64,000 nucleotides of DNA. It comes from Thermoplasmata archaeon. Lineage in GTDB: Archaea; Thermoplasmatota; Thermoplasmata; Thermoplasmatales; Thermoplasmataceae. Where the stretch lies: the NCBI GenBank assembly GCA_021800105.1, contig JAJYZI010000002.1:1390-65389 (forward strand), read 5' to 3'. The position numbers and the translations under genes were made by a program. The notes below the pieces were generated by a model. It was not told the origin of the DNA. It did no database searches and saw only the letters and a program-made list of their open reading frames with translations. Below are positions 8,086 to 17,952 of the stretch, piece after piece (positions within the stretch are counted from its first letter, which is position 1; the number at the start of each line of letters is the position of its first letter).

Positions 8086-9321
8086 TCACCTGTGATCCAT
8101 ATTTTCCTTCATTATTTCCCTTAGGTAGGAGGTGGCATACATGCCCCTTCCCAGCTTGAAGTCCAGGATGCCGTTATTCACAAGCAAATCAACTGGTCTC
8201 GATGCTATGACCCGGTATGTGCCTGAGGAACTGAGTTCTGGGTGGGAGGTAATCCTGAAGTCCTGGATGCTTATGCCCTCCTTCTCCAGTTCATCATCCA
8301 TTAGCACCTCTTTCTCGATCGCTTTCACATCCGTATCATAGCCGGGAAGGGGCATCAGTATCCTGAGCCGATCCTCATGCACAGATTTCTCTATCACTGT
8401 GCGGTTGACGGGATTCACGGTCCTGGGATCTCCCTTAGAGTTGAAGAGACTATCCACCTCAGTGAATAGATCACCGTCATGCACTGATGACAGCGAACCA
8501 TCGGATCTTATCCTACCTGAAAGGGCCAGGTTGAAAAGATATGACTGGTATGCATGCACGAACATTATCTGCAGGTTTTTCGGAAGCACGCCGAACGCTG
8601 TATCATAATTACCTGTTTCAACAAGGTGCTGCAGAATAGCCCTTTCATACATCAGGTTCTGCGGAAATTCCTTCAGCGCAGTCCTGAAGTCCTGGGTATC
8701 GAAAACGTTTCTTCTGAAATCATCGCTGTCAAAGGAAGGGTCGCACAGATACTCCATGACGGCCGACTTGAAATCCCTCTTCAGGATATATTTCCCCACG
8801 ATATGCGTGACGGGCCGACGTGAACCGAACCTCTGATATGCAAAGAAATTAGGGAATCCTCCAAGGCCGTCTATTTCCTTGTTGATCGAGTCAATAGCAT
8901 CATCGGATTCGGTGTGGAGGTTGACAATGAACCTGTTTCCAGAGAGATCGCCGAGGCGAAGCATGTGGTTCGATCTGAACTTCCTCGTTATCGTGACATC
9001 CTCGAGCCTTATTTCCGGCGCATCATCTGGCGTGTTGATGCAGAAATATTGTGTCGTCACGCCAACGCGATCCTTGGTCCCGGCATATGAGATCCTCTTC
9101 CTGCTCACGCCGAATATCCTGCTCAGGTAGATCAGGAACTTGTTGGTTTCCCAGTTCCTGAGCCGGACCTGCAGTATCAGGTATTTACCGTTCGGATCCT
9201 CCGACAGCCCTGATGGAAGCTCCTCTACAATAAAATCTTCGGCAGTCTCCTTGAAGCTCCCCTGAATGCCTTTGCCATGTGACAGGTAGCAGAGGATACC
9301 AGCTGCGCGGTCATCGATCAT
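8086..9321 (-). CDS. truD: tRNA pseudouridine(13) synthase TruD/Pus7 family
   Basis: FKETAEDFIVEE N-terminal motif and the catalytic GTKDRVGVTTQ (GxKD) motif. I chose the start at MIDDRAAG (9321); the longer ORF to 9372 would run 62 nt into the upstream gene. Confidence 0.8.
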   Translation of the reverse strand: MIDDRAAGILCYLSHGKGIQGSFKETAEDFIVEELPSGLSEDPNGKYLILQVRLRNWETNKFLIYLSRIFGVSRKRISYAGTKDRVGVTTQYFCINTPDDAPEIRLEDVTITRKFRSNHMLRLGDLSGNRFIVNLHTESDDAIDSINKEIDGLGGFPNFFAYQRFGSRRPVTHIVGKYILKRDFKSAVMEYLCDPSFDSDDFRRNVFDTQDFRTALKEFPQNLMYERAILQHLVETGNYDTAFGVLPKNLQIMFVHAYQSYLFNLALSGRIRSDGSLSSVHDGDLFTEVDSLFNSKGDPRTVNPVNRTVIEKSVHEDRLRILMPLPGYDTDVKAIEKEVLMDDELEKEGISIQDFRITSHPELSSSGTYRVIASRPVDLLVNNGILDFKLGRGMYATSYLREIMKENMDHR

Positions 9322-10420
9322 ATATCTTGACAGTCCGGTACATGTTGTCCCTCTCCACCGGCACCATGCCAAGCTGTTGCACCGAACTGATGATTATTTC
9401 TTTCCTGAGGTTTCCCACCTGCTTACCCGTTGCGGGAATGACCTTCTCATCATATATAGTTCCGCCCCAGTCGTTTGCGCCGTACATTATTGCAAGCTGA
9501 CCCATGCTGATCCCGTTAGTCAGCCATGAAGACTGGATGATCGGAAGATCAGACCTGAAAACAAGCCTTGCTATAGCAATATTCCTGACAACATCAAGCC
9601 CGCCGGTTCTCTCCAGGACAAGTCCCTCCCTTTCCAGCTGCGTGTTGCCCGGCTCAAAGTTCCATGGCGTGAAGGAAAGGAATCCATGATATTTCTTCTG
9701 CAGTTCTAGAATGGAAAGAAGGTGATCAGCCTTGTCCCTGCTAGTCTCCACATGACCGAACATCATCGTCGACGAAGTTCGTATACCTAGCTTGTGTGCT
9801 TCCTCCATGATGGAGAGCCACTCCTTGCCTGAGTTGAGGGGGCGTCCAAGCTTCTTTCTCACATCGGAATCAAAGATCTCGGCACCTGCGCCAGGAACGG
9901 TCTCAAGTCCGCTTTTCCTTAGCTCAATGAGAAGGTCCCTGACACTAAGCTTTGCCTTCTTTGCTATGAACGATATTTCTGATGTGGAGAGGCCATGGAT
10001 CCCGATCTTCGGAAACTCTTTCCTTATCCGGGAGAAGAGGGAGAAGTAATATTCGGGAGGCAGGGAAGGATTTACTCCGCCCTGAATAAGGAGCTGCCGG
10101 ATATCGAATGCATCGTAAAACTTTGCTATCTCCTGCACGACCTGATCCTCTGTCATAGTGTAGGCGTCGCTTTCATTCCCTGTGCGGTAGAAGGCACAGA
10201 ACTTGCACCTCACGTTGCATATGTTCGTATAGTTGAGTATGAGGTTAGAAACAAACGAGACATGGTTTCCCGATATCCCGTCAGCAATCTCCCTTGAAAG
10301 ACCGCCGAGCCAGTTTATGTCTGCAATGTCATATAGATAAGTTATATCTTCAGCTGACAGCGTTTCGTCGTTCCTGATCTTGTCCTCTATTCCTGATCTT
10401 GTAGTCTGGGCAGATAACAC
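9311..10420 (-). CDS. Radical SAM enzyme of the MqnC/MqnE/CofH family (futalosine menaquinone pathway)
   Basis: CNVRCKFCAFYR (CxxxCxxC) cluster motif. The roughly 370-aa TIM-barrel-sized protein has NYTNIC and GGT/GANDWGG-type C-terminal motifs typical of this family. Confidence 0.7.
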   Translation of the reverse strand: MLSAQTTRSGIEDKIRNDETLSAEDITYLYDIADINWLGGLSREIADGISGNHVSFVSNLILNYTNICNVRCKFCAFYRTGNESDAYTMTEDQVVQEIAKFYDAFDIRQLLIQGGVNPSLPPEYYFSLFSRIRKEFPKIGIHGLSTSEISFIAKKAKLSVRDLLIELRKSGLETVPGAGAEIFDSDVRKKLGRPLNSGKEWLSIMEEAHKLGIRTSSTMMFGHVETSRDKADHLLSILELQKKYHGFLSFTPWNFEPGNTQLEREGLVLERTGGLDVVRNIAIARLVFRSDLPIIQSSWLTNGISMGQLAIMYGANDWGGTIYDEKVIPATGKQVGNLRKEIIISSVQQLGMVPVERDNMYRTVKIYDR

Positions 10421-10596
10421 CGTTCAATATTGCCGATTCGTTTATAATCTTTGTATATAGCAAGTTACGATCTGGGGTTCAGGATTTCAAGCTTCTATCT
10501 TCGAACGATAAGGATAATTCACATCTAAGTGATCTTGTTTATCTGCTAGACATTGGATTTGACAAATAGTTATAACTCGGTTTTCAATTACTTGCC

Positions 10597-11712
10597 ATGG
10601 AAGAGAGAATGATGTATGAAGTTGGTTACTGGCAGGACCAGATTGTCGGCAACAACAGGATTTCACGTAAGGATGCTGCTGAAATCATGCAGGATCTTTC
10701 CTTTCATGATAGGTTAAGGCTGGCTGATTCTCTTGCATCGCTCCAGGCTGGCGACACAGTCGGGTATGCCGTATCATATAACATAAATTATTCTAATTAC
10801 TGCTCAGCATCGTGCCCCATATGCGCTTTTTATGTCCCTGCAAAGCTGAAGGGCCGAACGAACGGAGGATATGAACTGACCGAAGAGGACGTGAGGAAAG
10901 AGGCAAGGAAGGCAAGGGAGTATCATGCAACCGAGATACATGTTGTCGGTGGTTTCAACCCATATCTTCCGATGGAATATTATGAGACCATATTCAAGGC
11001 AATCAAGGAAGAAATACCAGAAGCCACGCTCAAAGCGCTCACTATCCCCGAAATAGATTTTATCGGCCGCACGACAGGCAACTCCTTGACCGAGGTGGTG
11101 AACCGGCTAATGGATGCTGGCGTTGATGCACATACCGGAGGGGGTGCGGAGATATTCGATGCCTCGGTGCGTGCACAGATAACCACGAAGGAAAAGATCT
11201 CCGGCGAGAAGTGGCTGGAGGATGCCAAGATCATCCATAAGATGGGAATGAGAGGGAATTCCACAATAACATATGGGCACGTTGAGAACTACGACCACAT
11301 CATTGATCATTTCGTCCGGTTAAGGGATAACCAGCTTGAACAGCCTGGCTTCATCTCTATAATACCGCTCAAGTTCAGCCTCGAGAACACGCCGCTCCAG
11401 AGATCTGGCAAGGTCAGGAATGAGGCTTCAGGCAGGAAGGATCTTGATGTAATATCTTTGGCGAGGATAATAGCCGGTGCCGCCATAAAGAATGTAAGCG
11501 TTTACTGGGTTGCGCTTGGGAAGCTTACCGCCCAGCTGGGCCTCAGGGCAGGCGGCAACGATCTCGTCGGCACGGCTTTCAGCGAGAAGATATTCGGTGC
11601 CACTGACAGGAGGGATAAGACCTACACCAGGGAACTTGACCAGATAATTCTCTCCGCTGGGAAGATACCGGTGCAGAGGGACACATTCTACAATATTATC
11701 AGGTACGCCTAG
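10597..11712 (+). CDS. Second radical SAM enzyme of the MqnC/MqnE/CofH family
   Basis: CSASCPICAFY cluster motif and NINYSNYC. Same size and overall pattern as the divergent neighbour. Which of the two is MqnC and which is MqnE cannot be decided by eye. Confidence 0.65.
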   Translation: MEERMMYEVGYWQDQIVGNNRISRKDAAEIMQDLSFHDRLRLADSLASLQAGDTVGYAVSYNINYSNYCSASCPICAFYVPAKLKGRTNGGYELTEEDVRKEARKAREYHATEIHVVGGFNPYLPMEYYETIFKAIKEEIPEATLKALTIPEIDFIGRTTGNSLTEVVNRLMDAGVDAHTGGGAEIFDASVRAQITTKEKISGEKWLEDAKIIHKMGMRGNSTITYGHVENYDHIIDHFVRLRDNQLEQPGFISIIPLKFSLENTPLQRSGKVRNEASGRKDLDVISLARIIAGAAIKNVSVYWVALGKLTAQLGLRAGGNDLVGTAFSEKIFGATDRRDKTYTRELDQIILSAGKIPVQRDTFYNIIRYA

Positions 11713-12914
11713 GCGTTTTTACGCCCGTATGACCTTCCGGTTATGAGAACTATAGCCGCACCGGCGAATGCAACCCCAGCTGCATATCCGTATGAATATT
11801 CGCTGGATATGAAAAAGTAGAGAAGGCCGAAGACAAGGTTGCCCGAGAACATCCCGATGCTCCTGAAAACAGAGAGAAGTCCCATTCCTCTCCCTGCCAC
11901 AGAACCCCTTGCGATCCTGGATATTATGGATGGCTCATACGTCTCCACCGTCGATGTGCCGAGGCCTAGAATTGCGACTGAAATGTAATAGAAGGCGATA
12001 TCCACGCGGGTGATGAGAACGAGGAGGATCCCGAGGGCACCTGCCCCTGCAAGTGCGTAGCCGAAGATGCCAAGCTGCCTTATCTCCTTCTTTGTCTGGA
12101 TCCTGCTGTACATGAAGCCGCCTGCAGCCGAAACGCTCATGAATATCGGATAGACAAGAAGACCGTACGCTATAGAGTCGGTCGTTGCGGCAGTTAGTAT
12201 AGGAAAGCCTATGCTGTAGTAGCTGAACCCGAAGAGGGCAGTTGCTATAAGTATGCCTTTCATTGCCAGGGTCTCTTCCTTCCTGTCATGAGGTGCGATG
12301 TACTTTTCCCTCGCAGTGGGCCTTGTTACAACTATAAGCAGTGTGGATACAATAAGAGGTGCAATCGATATGAGGAAGATTGTGGAAAAGGGGAAGCCGA
12401 GGAGATACAGCGATATCAGGAGCACCGATGCAATGATCCCTCCACCGACATCGAGGCCATGAAGGAGGCCGAACGCACGGCTCCTGTTCTCTGTACTAGT
12501 GGATTCAACGAGGAGAACCCGCCTTGGCGGTGAGCGGAAGTTCCTTGACCACCAGCCCGTAACATACACGGATCCTGCGAAGGCATAGTTTCTAAAGAGC
12601 CCAGTGAAAGAAAGTGCCGGAATGAGTGCATTTCCAATTATAGATATCTTCTTTGCACCATACCTGTCTGCCAGGATCCCTCCTATATACGCAAAAAATG
12701 CTCCGATTCCGTAACTGACAGCTTCTATTACTGCAAAAACCCAGACTGGTGCATGCAGCACAAGAACGATAAAGACGGATAAACCACCAACAACGATCTG
12801 GTATCCCATGTCCGCAAAGAATGCTGAAAATGCAAGTAGGTATACGTTGATGTGGAACCTGAGCTTCACAATTTCGGAAAATACGACATATAATAAATGT
12901 TGCGGGATATGCAC
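11709..12914 (-). CDS. MFS transporter
   Basis: About 12 TM helices, with the loop 2-3 motif GGILADRYGAKK (G-x3-D-R/K-x-G-R/K). Confidence 0.7.
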   Translation of the reverse strand: MHIPQHLLYVVFSEIVKLRFHINVYLLAFSAFFADMGYQIVVGGLSVFIVLVLHAPVWVFAVIEAVSYGIGAFFAYIGGILADRYGAKKISIIGNALIPALSFTGLFRNYAFAGSVYVTGWWSRNFRSPPRRVLLVESTSTENRSRAFGLLHGLDVGGGIIASVLLISLYLLGFPFSTIFLISIAPLIVSTLLIVVTRPTAREKYIAPHDRKEETLAMKGILIATALFGFSYYSIGFPILTAATTDSIAYGLLVYPIFMSVSAAGGFMYSRIQTKKEIRQLGIFGYALAGAGALGILLVLITRVDIAFYYISVAILGLGTSTVETYEPSIISRIARGSVAGRGMGLLSVFRSIGMFSGNLVFGLLYFFISSEYSYGYAAGVAFAGAAIVLITGRSYGRKNA

Positions 12915-12965
12915 ATGGTGCTAACCAGAATCCGCTGCACACGAAAGATTGTCTTCAATGCAGCG

Positions 12966-14231
12966 TTACCGGAACCTCAGCGTCCCGCCCGAAGGGTTAC
13001 CCGGCTGTTTAGGCTTGTAGAGCAACGAATACAGGGATAGCGGTGAACGCCCCTTCTGCTCCGGCTCCTTAAGGTGCAGGAACATAAAGGATGAGGCGAA
13101 CCTGCCGGAAAAGACGATTAGGTACGAGTAAATGAGAGCAAGATAGAGGGGAAAATGCGCAATCATGATTTCGAGGAGGTATCCGCCAATAAGGGCTCCG
13201 GTCAGGTATATTACGCCGTTGAAACCATTGATTATGGACAGGTACTCGGCCTTTCTTTCATGAGGTATAACATCAAGCAGGTAGGAATTCATAACGACAT
13301 TCTGTATGGATCCAAGAATGCCGCTGTATACCTCAAGAATGATGAATTCATTGAATGTTGAGAAGAAGGCGTAAAGGAGCGGGATCGCACTGAGAAGAAT
13401 ACGGTTTGCAAAAATAAGCGGCGGCCGGCTTACCCTGTCTGTTACTCTTCCAAGATAATACTGGACCATCACCGTTGTTCCGAGGGAGGCAATCGTAAGA
13501 AAAGCTACGTTTGTAAGCGTGAAATGCATCACACTAACTATAGTTATAGGAAACATGGGCCATGCCATAGACCAGAATATTCCCTGTATGTTGGTCGCTA
13601 TGAAGTACCTGTAGAAGAGCGGATGACTGCGGAGATTCCTGATCGTTGCTCCAAGGTGGGTTGGCGCAAGCTTCTCCCCCTTCTTTTCGTTGAGAGAACC
13701 CATCAGAAAGCCGGAGATCACATAGGAGCCGGCAGCCGCGAAGAATGGTATACGGATATCATTGGTGACAGCCCCACTGAACAGGAATGTCATGACAAAT
13801 AGAGAGATTATTGTTCCAATTGAGCTGAGGATATTGATCACTGCGAGGAACCTGCCCCTGGTTGTCGAATCTGTCTGGTCTGCTATGAGAGAAAACCAAT
13901 TTACCGTAATGAGAGATGCAAACAGTGAAATCGCAGCATAAACAACGACAAGTTCAAGCGGTGTACGCACAACTCCCATGAAATACCACAGCATTGCAAG
14001 AACAATGCTTCCCCCCAGCAGGAACGGGCGGCGCCTGCCAACGGAGTCGCTAAGCTTGCCCCAAAGGAGCTGCCCGCCGTTAGAAAGAGCGTTTGAGGAA
14101 GACTGAAGCCAGCCCATCATTGCAGCTGATGCGCCGAGATAGACGCCATATACTCCAACGAAGGAACTCGCAGCAGTTGCACCTGCTGAGACAACGAATG
14201 ATCTTATCGTTATTAGTGTTTTATTGAGCAT
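12966..14231 (-). CDS. MFS transporter
   Basis: About 12 TM helices, with WGKLSDSVGRRRPFL as the loop 2-3 MFS signature. Confidence 0.7.
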   Translation of the reverse strand: MLNKTLITIRSFVVSAGATAASSFVGVYGVYLGASAAMMGWLQSSSNALSNGGQLLWGKLSDSVGRRRPFLLGGSIVLAMLWYFMGVVRTPLELVVVYAAISLFASLITVNWFSLIADQTDSTTRGRFLAVINILSSIGTIISLFVMTFLFSGAVTNDIRIPFFAAAGSYVISGFLMGSLNEKKGEKLAPTHLGATIRNLRSHPLFYRYFIATNIQGIFWSMAWPMFPITIVSVMHFTLTNVAFLTIASLGTTVMVQYYLGRVTDRVSRPPLIFANRILLSAIPLLYAFFSTFNEFIILEVYSGILGSIQNVVMNSYLLDVIPHERKAEYLSIINGFNGVIYLTGALIGGYLLEIMIAHFPLYLALIYSYLIVFSGRFASSFMFLHLKEPEQKGRSPLSLYSLLYKPKQPGNPSGGTLRFR

Positions 14232-14416
14232 GAATTAATTTGATCCACGGAATGCCGGCGGATTAGAATAAGGTTGTCTTTTCAGGTATTCTGTTATTTC
14301 TTTACCAACCTATAAATGAGATCAAGATTGCAGGTTTCAGCTAGTTATTCGGTTCACTCTGAGGATTCTTTCCAATCTATCCGCTAGTATTAATATAATT
14401 TGAGAAATTAACCTAT

Positions 14417-17400
14417 ATGGTATACTTGCTGCATCCTGATATCAGGGGAGATAAATTAGTATTTACGTCTGAAGATAACCTATGGTCCTGTGATCTGGAT
14501 GGGAAGAATCCACGATTGATCCTTTCCAACCTTGGAACAATAACAAGCCCCAGGATCTCTCCTGACGGCACAAAGGTCGCATTTAGGTCTACAAAGGGAA
14601 CAGATGCGGTGATTTCTGAAATTTACATCATATCGCTGCAGACGGGGGACCTGAAACGAGTCACGTACTTCGGAACCACAGGAACAAATGTCGTGGATTG
14701 GGAATCGGACAGCACGATTCTGGCTGTTTCTGACGAGGGGTCGCCATTCATGAGGGAGACGCTTCCCTACAGGATCGATGTGAATACCCTTGCTTACGAG
14801 CAGCTTAAGCTCGGACCGACGTCATCGATGCTTCCTACTAAGGAGGGAACGTTCCTCGTGCGTGGCCTTCAGGATCTAACATACTGGAAGAGATACAGGG
14901 GCGGTCTGCGAGGCAAAGTTTACTTTGATCGGGGGAACAAGGGATCTTATGCGAAGTTCCTGCAGCTTGAATCCGGCATAGACTCCCCGGCATTCATGAA
15001 GGGCAGGCTCTATTTCATTACCGATCTCGATGGTACAGGCAACATATACTCAGTCAACCTGCAGGGAAAGGACCTTAAGCAGCATACAAGGTTCAGGGAC
15101 TTTTTTGCAAGGAACCTGAGAAGTGACGGGAAAATTGGGTTTTTCCACAAGGGCGGCAGGATATTTACCTTTGATCCGGTCAAGGAAAAGAGCTCGGAAC
15201 TCAAAATAGCCTTGCCAGTGACAGGGATGTTCACTGAGAGGAGGTTTGTAGAACCGTCGTCTTTCCTTGAAGAATACACGCTGTCGCATGACGGCGGATC
15301 ATCCGGGTACATAGTGAGGGGAAAGTCATATGTGCTGAAGGGCACAAACGGTCCGGTTACAACCCTTTCCGATGTCTCGCGGGGAAGATCCAGGCAGTTG
15401 GCATTCGCAGGCAGCACGGGAAATATGCTGGTTGTGAACGACGAGTCAGGCAGCGATTGCGTTTATCTTGTTGGGAAGGACAAGAAGGCGATCCTGAAGG
15501 ACGCCGGCATCATAGAAGTCTTGTCCTCGAGCCCGTCTGGAAAGTTGGCAGTTGCCTCCACAAATCGGTTTGAAATGTACCTTCTTGATCTGCAGAAGGG
15601 AAAGTCGACTCTTCTTGACAGAAACAATATCGGAATGGTCGAGGATATATCTTGGCATCCAACTGAAAAGTGGATCGCTGCCTCGTATCCTGAAGGGGAA
15701 GCGGAGGGAGGGCCGCTTTCTTCTATTGTGCTTATAGATATCAAATCTGGAAAGAAGACTCCTGTCACTTCCAAAGCGGCGGTAGACTTCTCGCCATCGT
15801 TTGATCCATCCGGCAGATACCTTTTCTATCTGTCAGAGCGAGCGCTCGACCCCATATACGACAAGGTCGTGTTTGACATGGGATTCCCTAAGGCTTCGAA
15901 GCCATTCGTAGTTACCCTGGATGGGAAGGAGGCATCACCTATCTGGAACAGGATAGGAAGCAGCAGAGCGAAAAAGGATGCCTCCCCACTGCAGGATATT
16001 TCACTTGAAGGCATAATGAACAGGACTGTACCTTTGCCGATTGATTCCGCAGAGTTTCATGCCTTAACGGCCATTAACGACGCAGTTCTTTTGCTGCGCT
16101 TCCCCGTCGAAGGGGTAATGAAGAACATGGGAAATGGACCAAGATCAGACGGCGAGCTACTTTTCTTCGACATGACGACAGGTAAGGCAAAACAAGTGCT
16201 CAACGATATTTCAGGTTTCAGGGTCTCTGGTGGAAACAACAGGATACTCGTCAGGAAGAAGGGAGGGTTCAGCGTGCATGACCTGGATTCTCTGTCCAAA
16301 GTGGAAGGCACGAAAAGCAAGTGGCAAAACGATGACCTCACAAAGATTGATCTTAGCAGGATAAGGTGCGAGATCGTACCGAGGGAGGAATGGAGGCAGA
16401 TGTTCCTTGAAACCTGGCGTACAATGAAAGAAAAATACTGGAAGGAGGAGAAGATTAACCAGTTCTGGGATTCTGTCCGGGACAGGTACATGCCATTCGT
16501 TGACCAGGTTAATTCAAGATTTGAGCTATCTGATGTGCTGAAGGAGATGCAGGGCGAAACAGGTACATCCCACAGCTACGAGAGAGGTGGTGAACTGTAC
16601 AGATCCTCTTATCACAGAATTGGCAAAATCGCTTCTATGCTTGAATACAGGAATGGAAAGTATTACTTTGGGAAGATATACTGCGGCGATCCTTCCAACC
16701 TGGATGAAAGATCCCCGCTTCTGGCGCCTGGAGTTGACATCAGGGAAGGCGATGAGCTCGTATCGATAAATCATGTCAAGATCGGACCTAATACCCCTCC
16801 GGGGAAAGCCCTGGAAAACCTTGCGGACTCGCTTGTCGAGGTCGAGGTGAAGAGGTCCGGCAAGACTGGCACCTACTTCGTCAAGGCACAGAAAAGCGAA
16901 CTTAACACAATATACAGGGACTGGGTTGAAAGCAACAGGGCGCTCGTGAGATCGAAGTTCAAGGATGCAGGCTACATCCACATTCCGGACATGATGGCGA
17001 AGGGCTTCGCTGAATTTCACCGCCAGTATATATACGAGTGGGAGAAGCCCTCCCTGATCGTCGATGTCAGGTTCAACGGTGGCGGCCATGTGTCGCATCT
17101 TCTGCTGGAAAAGCTTTCCAGGAAGCTCATCGGATTCGACATACCGAGGAGGGGAAAATACCTGCCTTACCCGTCATACGCCATAAGCGGCGGGATGGTT
17201 GCAGTGACGAACGAATTTGCCGGTTCAGATGGTGACATTTTCTCCCATTCGTTCAAGCTGATGGGATTGGGTGATCTGATCGGGGAAAGGACATGGGGTG
17301 GCGTTGTTGGAATCAATCCCCGCCGGACTCTTGTCGACGGCACTATGTTCACGCAGCCGGAGTTTTCGTTCTGGTTTACCGATGTCGGCTTCGGCGTCGA

Positions 17401-17539
17401 GAATTACGGAACAGACCCAACGATTGAGGTGGACAACACACCCTCGGATTATCTTGCAGGAAGGGATCCACAGCTTGAAAAAGCTGTCGAGATTGCAAAG
17501 GCTCTGGCAAAGAAGGCGATCAGGAAACCCAGGAAATAG
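14417..17539 (+). CDS. Tricorn protease
   Basis: 1040-aa protein with an N-terminal Tol-like beta-propeller pattern (ISPDGTKVAF..), a PDZ-like segment and a C-terminal S41/Tsp-like catalytic region (DVRFNGGGHVS). Size and architecture match the Thermoplasma tricorn core protease. Confidence 0.85.
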   Translation: MVYLLHPDIRGDKLVFTSEDNLWSCDLDGKNPRLILSNLGTITSPRISPDGTKVAFRSTKGTDAVISEIYIISLQTGDLKRVTYFGTTGTNVVDWESDSTILAVSDEGSPFMRETLPYRIDVNTLAYEQLKLGPTSSMLPTKEGTFLVRGLQDLTYWKRYRGGLRGKVYFDRGNKGSYAKFLQLESGIDSPAFMKGRLYFITDLDGTGNIYSVNLQGKDLKQHTRFRDFFARNLRSDGKIGFFHKGGRIFTFDPVKEKSSELKIALPVTGMFTERRFVEPSSFLEEYTLSHDGGSSGYIVRGKSYVLKGTNGPVTTLSDVSRGRSRQLAFAGSTGNMLVVNDESGSDCVYLVGKDKKAILKDAGIIEVLSSSPSGKLAVASTNRFEMYLLDLQKGKSTLLDRNNIGMVEDISWHPTEKWIAASYPEGEAEGGPLSSIVLIDIKSGKKTPVTSKAAVDFSPSFDPSGRYLFYLSERALDPIYDKVVFDMGFPKASKPFVVTLDGKEASPIWNRIGSSRAKKDASPLQDISLEGIMNRTVPLPIDSAEFHALTAINDAVLLLRFPVEGVMKNMGNGPRSDGELLFFDMTTGKAKQVLNDISGFRVSGGNNRILVRKKGGFSVHDLDSLSKVEGTKSKWQNDDLTKIDLSRIRCEIVPREEWRQMFLETWRTMKEKYWKEEKINQFWDSVRDRYMPFVDQVNSRFELSDVLKEMQGETGTSHSYERGGELYRSSYHRIGKIASMLEYRNGKYYFGKIYCGDPSNLDERSPLLAPGVDIREGDELVSINHVKIGPNTPPGKALENLADSLVEVEVKRSGKTGTYFVKAQKSELNTIYRDWVESNRALVRSKFKDAGYIHIPDMMAKGFAEFHRQYIYEWEKPSLIVDVRFNGGGHVSHLLLEKLSRKLIGFDIPRRGKYLPYPSYAISGGMVAVTNEFAGSDGDIFSHSFKLMGLGDLIGERTWGGVVGINPRRTLVDGTMFTQPEFSFWFTDVGFGVENYGTDPTIEVDNTPSDYLAGRDPQLEKAVEIAKALAKKAIRKPRK

Positions 17540-17540
17540 G

Positions 17541-17942
17541 TTACATGGATAGATAGATGATGGCAGCAGCCAGCACATAAAGGCCGGCGATACCAAGGAA
17601 GATGAGCGTCAGCTGGAGCTGCTGCTTGTTGATCCTCGTTACGTCTTTATCAGTAAACATGATCCTGCTGTTTGCAAGGCTGTTTAGATATTTCCTCGCG
17701 CCGAAGTCCCAGAAAGCGCCTGTGAATGCTACACCAAATCCACACAGCGTTATTACCGTGGGCATGGCAATCATTACAGACGATATGCCAAAATAATGGA
17801 CGATCAGTGTAACCAGGATAAGGACCACGAGCAGGGCAATTGGAATATATATGAATCGCAGTATTGCCTGGATTGTATTGCGGTGCTCCAGCGCCTCTAT
17901 GATGAGGTCGCTGTTTCCTTCAGCAGGTTCCCTTCCTATCAA
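17541..17942 (-). CDS. Small 3-TM membrane protein, last gene of the ABC operon
   Basis: The 133-aa ORF has a TTG start 10 nt after the ATPase stop and three clear hydrophobic helices. I recognise no family. Confidence 0.4.
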   Translation of the reverse strand: MIGREPAEGNSDLIIEALEHRNTIQAILRFIYIPIALLVVLILVTLIVHYFGISSVMIAMPTVITLCGFGVAFTGAFWDFGARKYLNSLANSRIMFTDKDVTRINKQQLQLTLIFLGIAGLYVLAAAIIYLSM

Positions 17943-17952
17943 ATTGACCTTA

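Noticed and set aside
16526-17098. Long antisense ORFs inside confidently assigned genes: 16526-17098 in tricorn, 19219-19713 in the ABC ATPase, 6017-6553 in glyA, 57880-58428 in the NAD-kinase-like gene, and 62372-62920 in alaS.
   Set aside because: Each is fully nested opposite a gene with strong family motifs. The translations are low-complexity or Arg/Ser/Cys-rich shadow frames.
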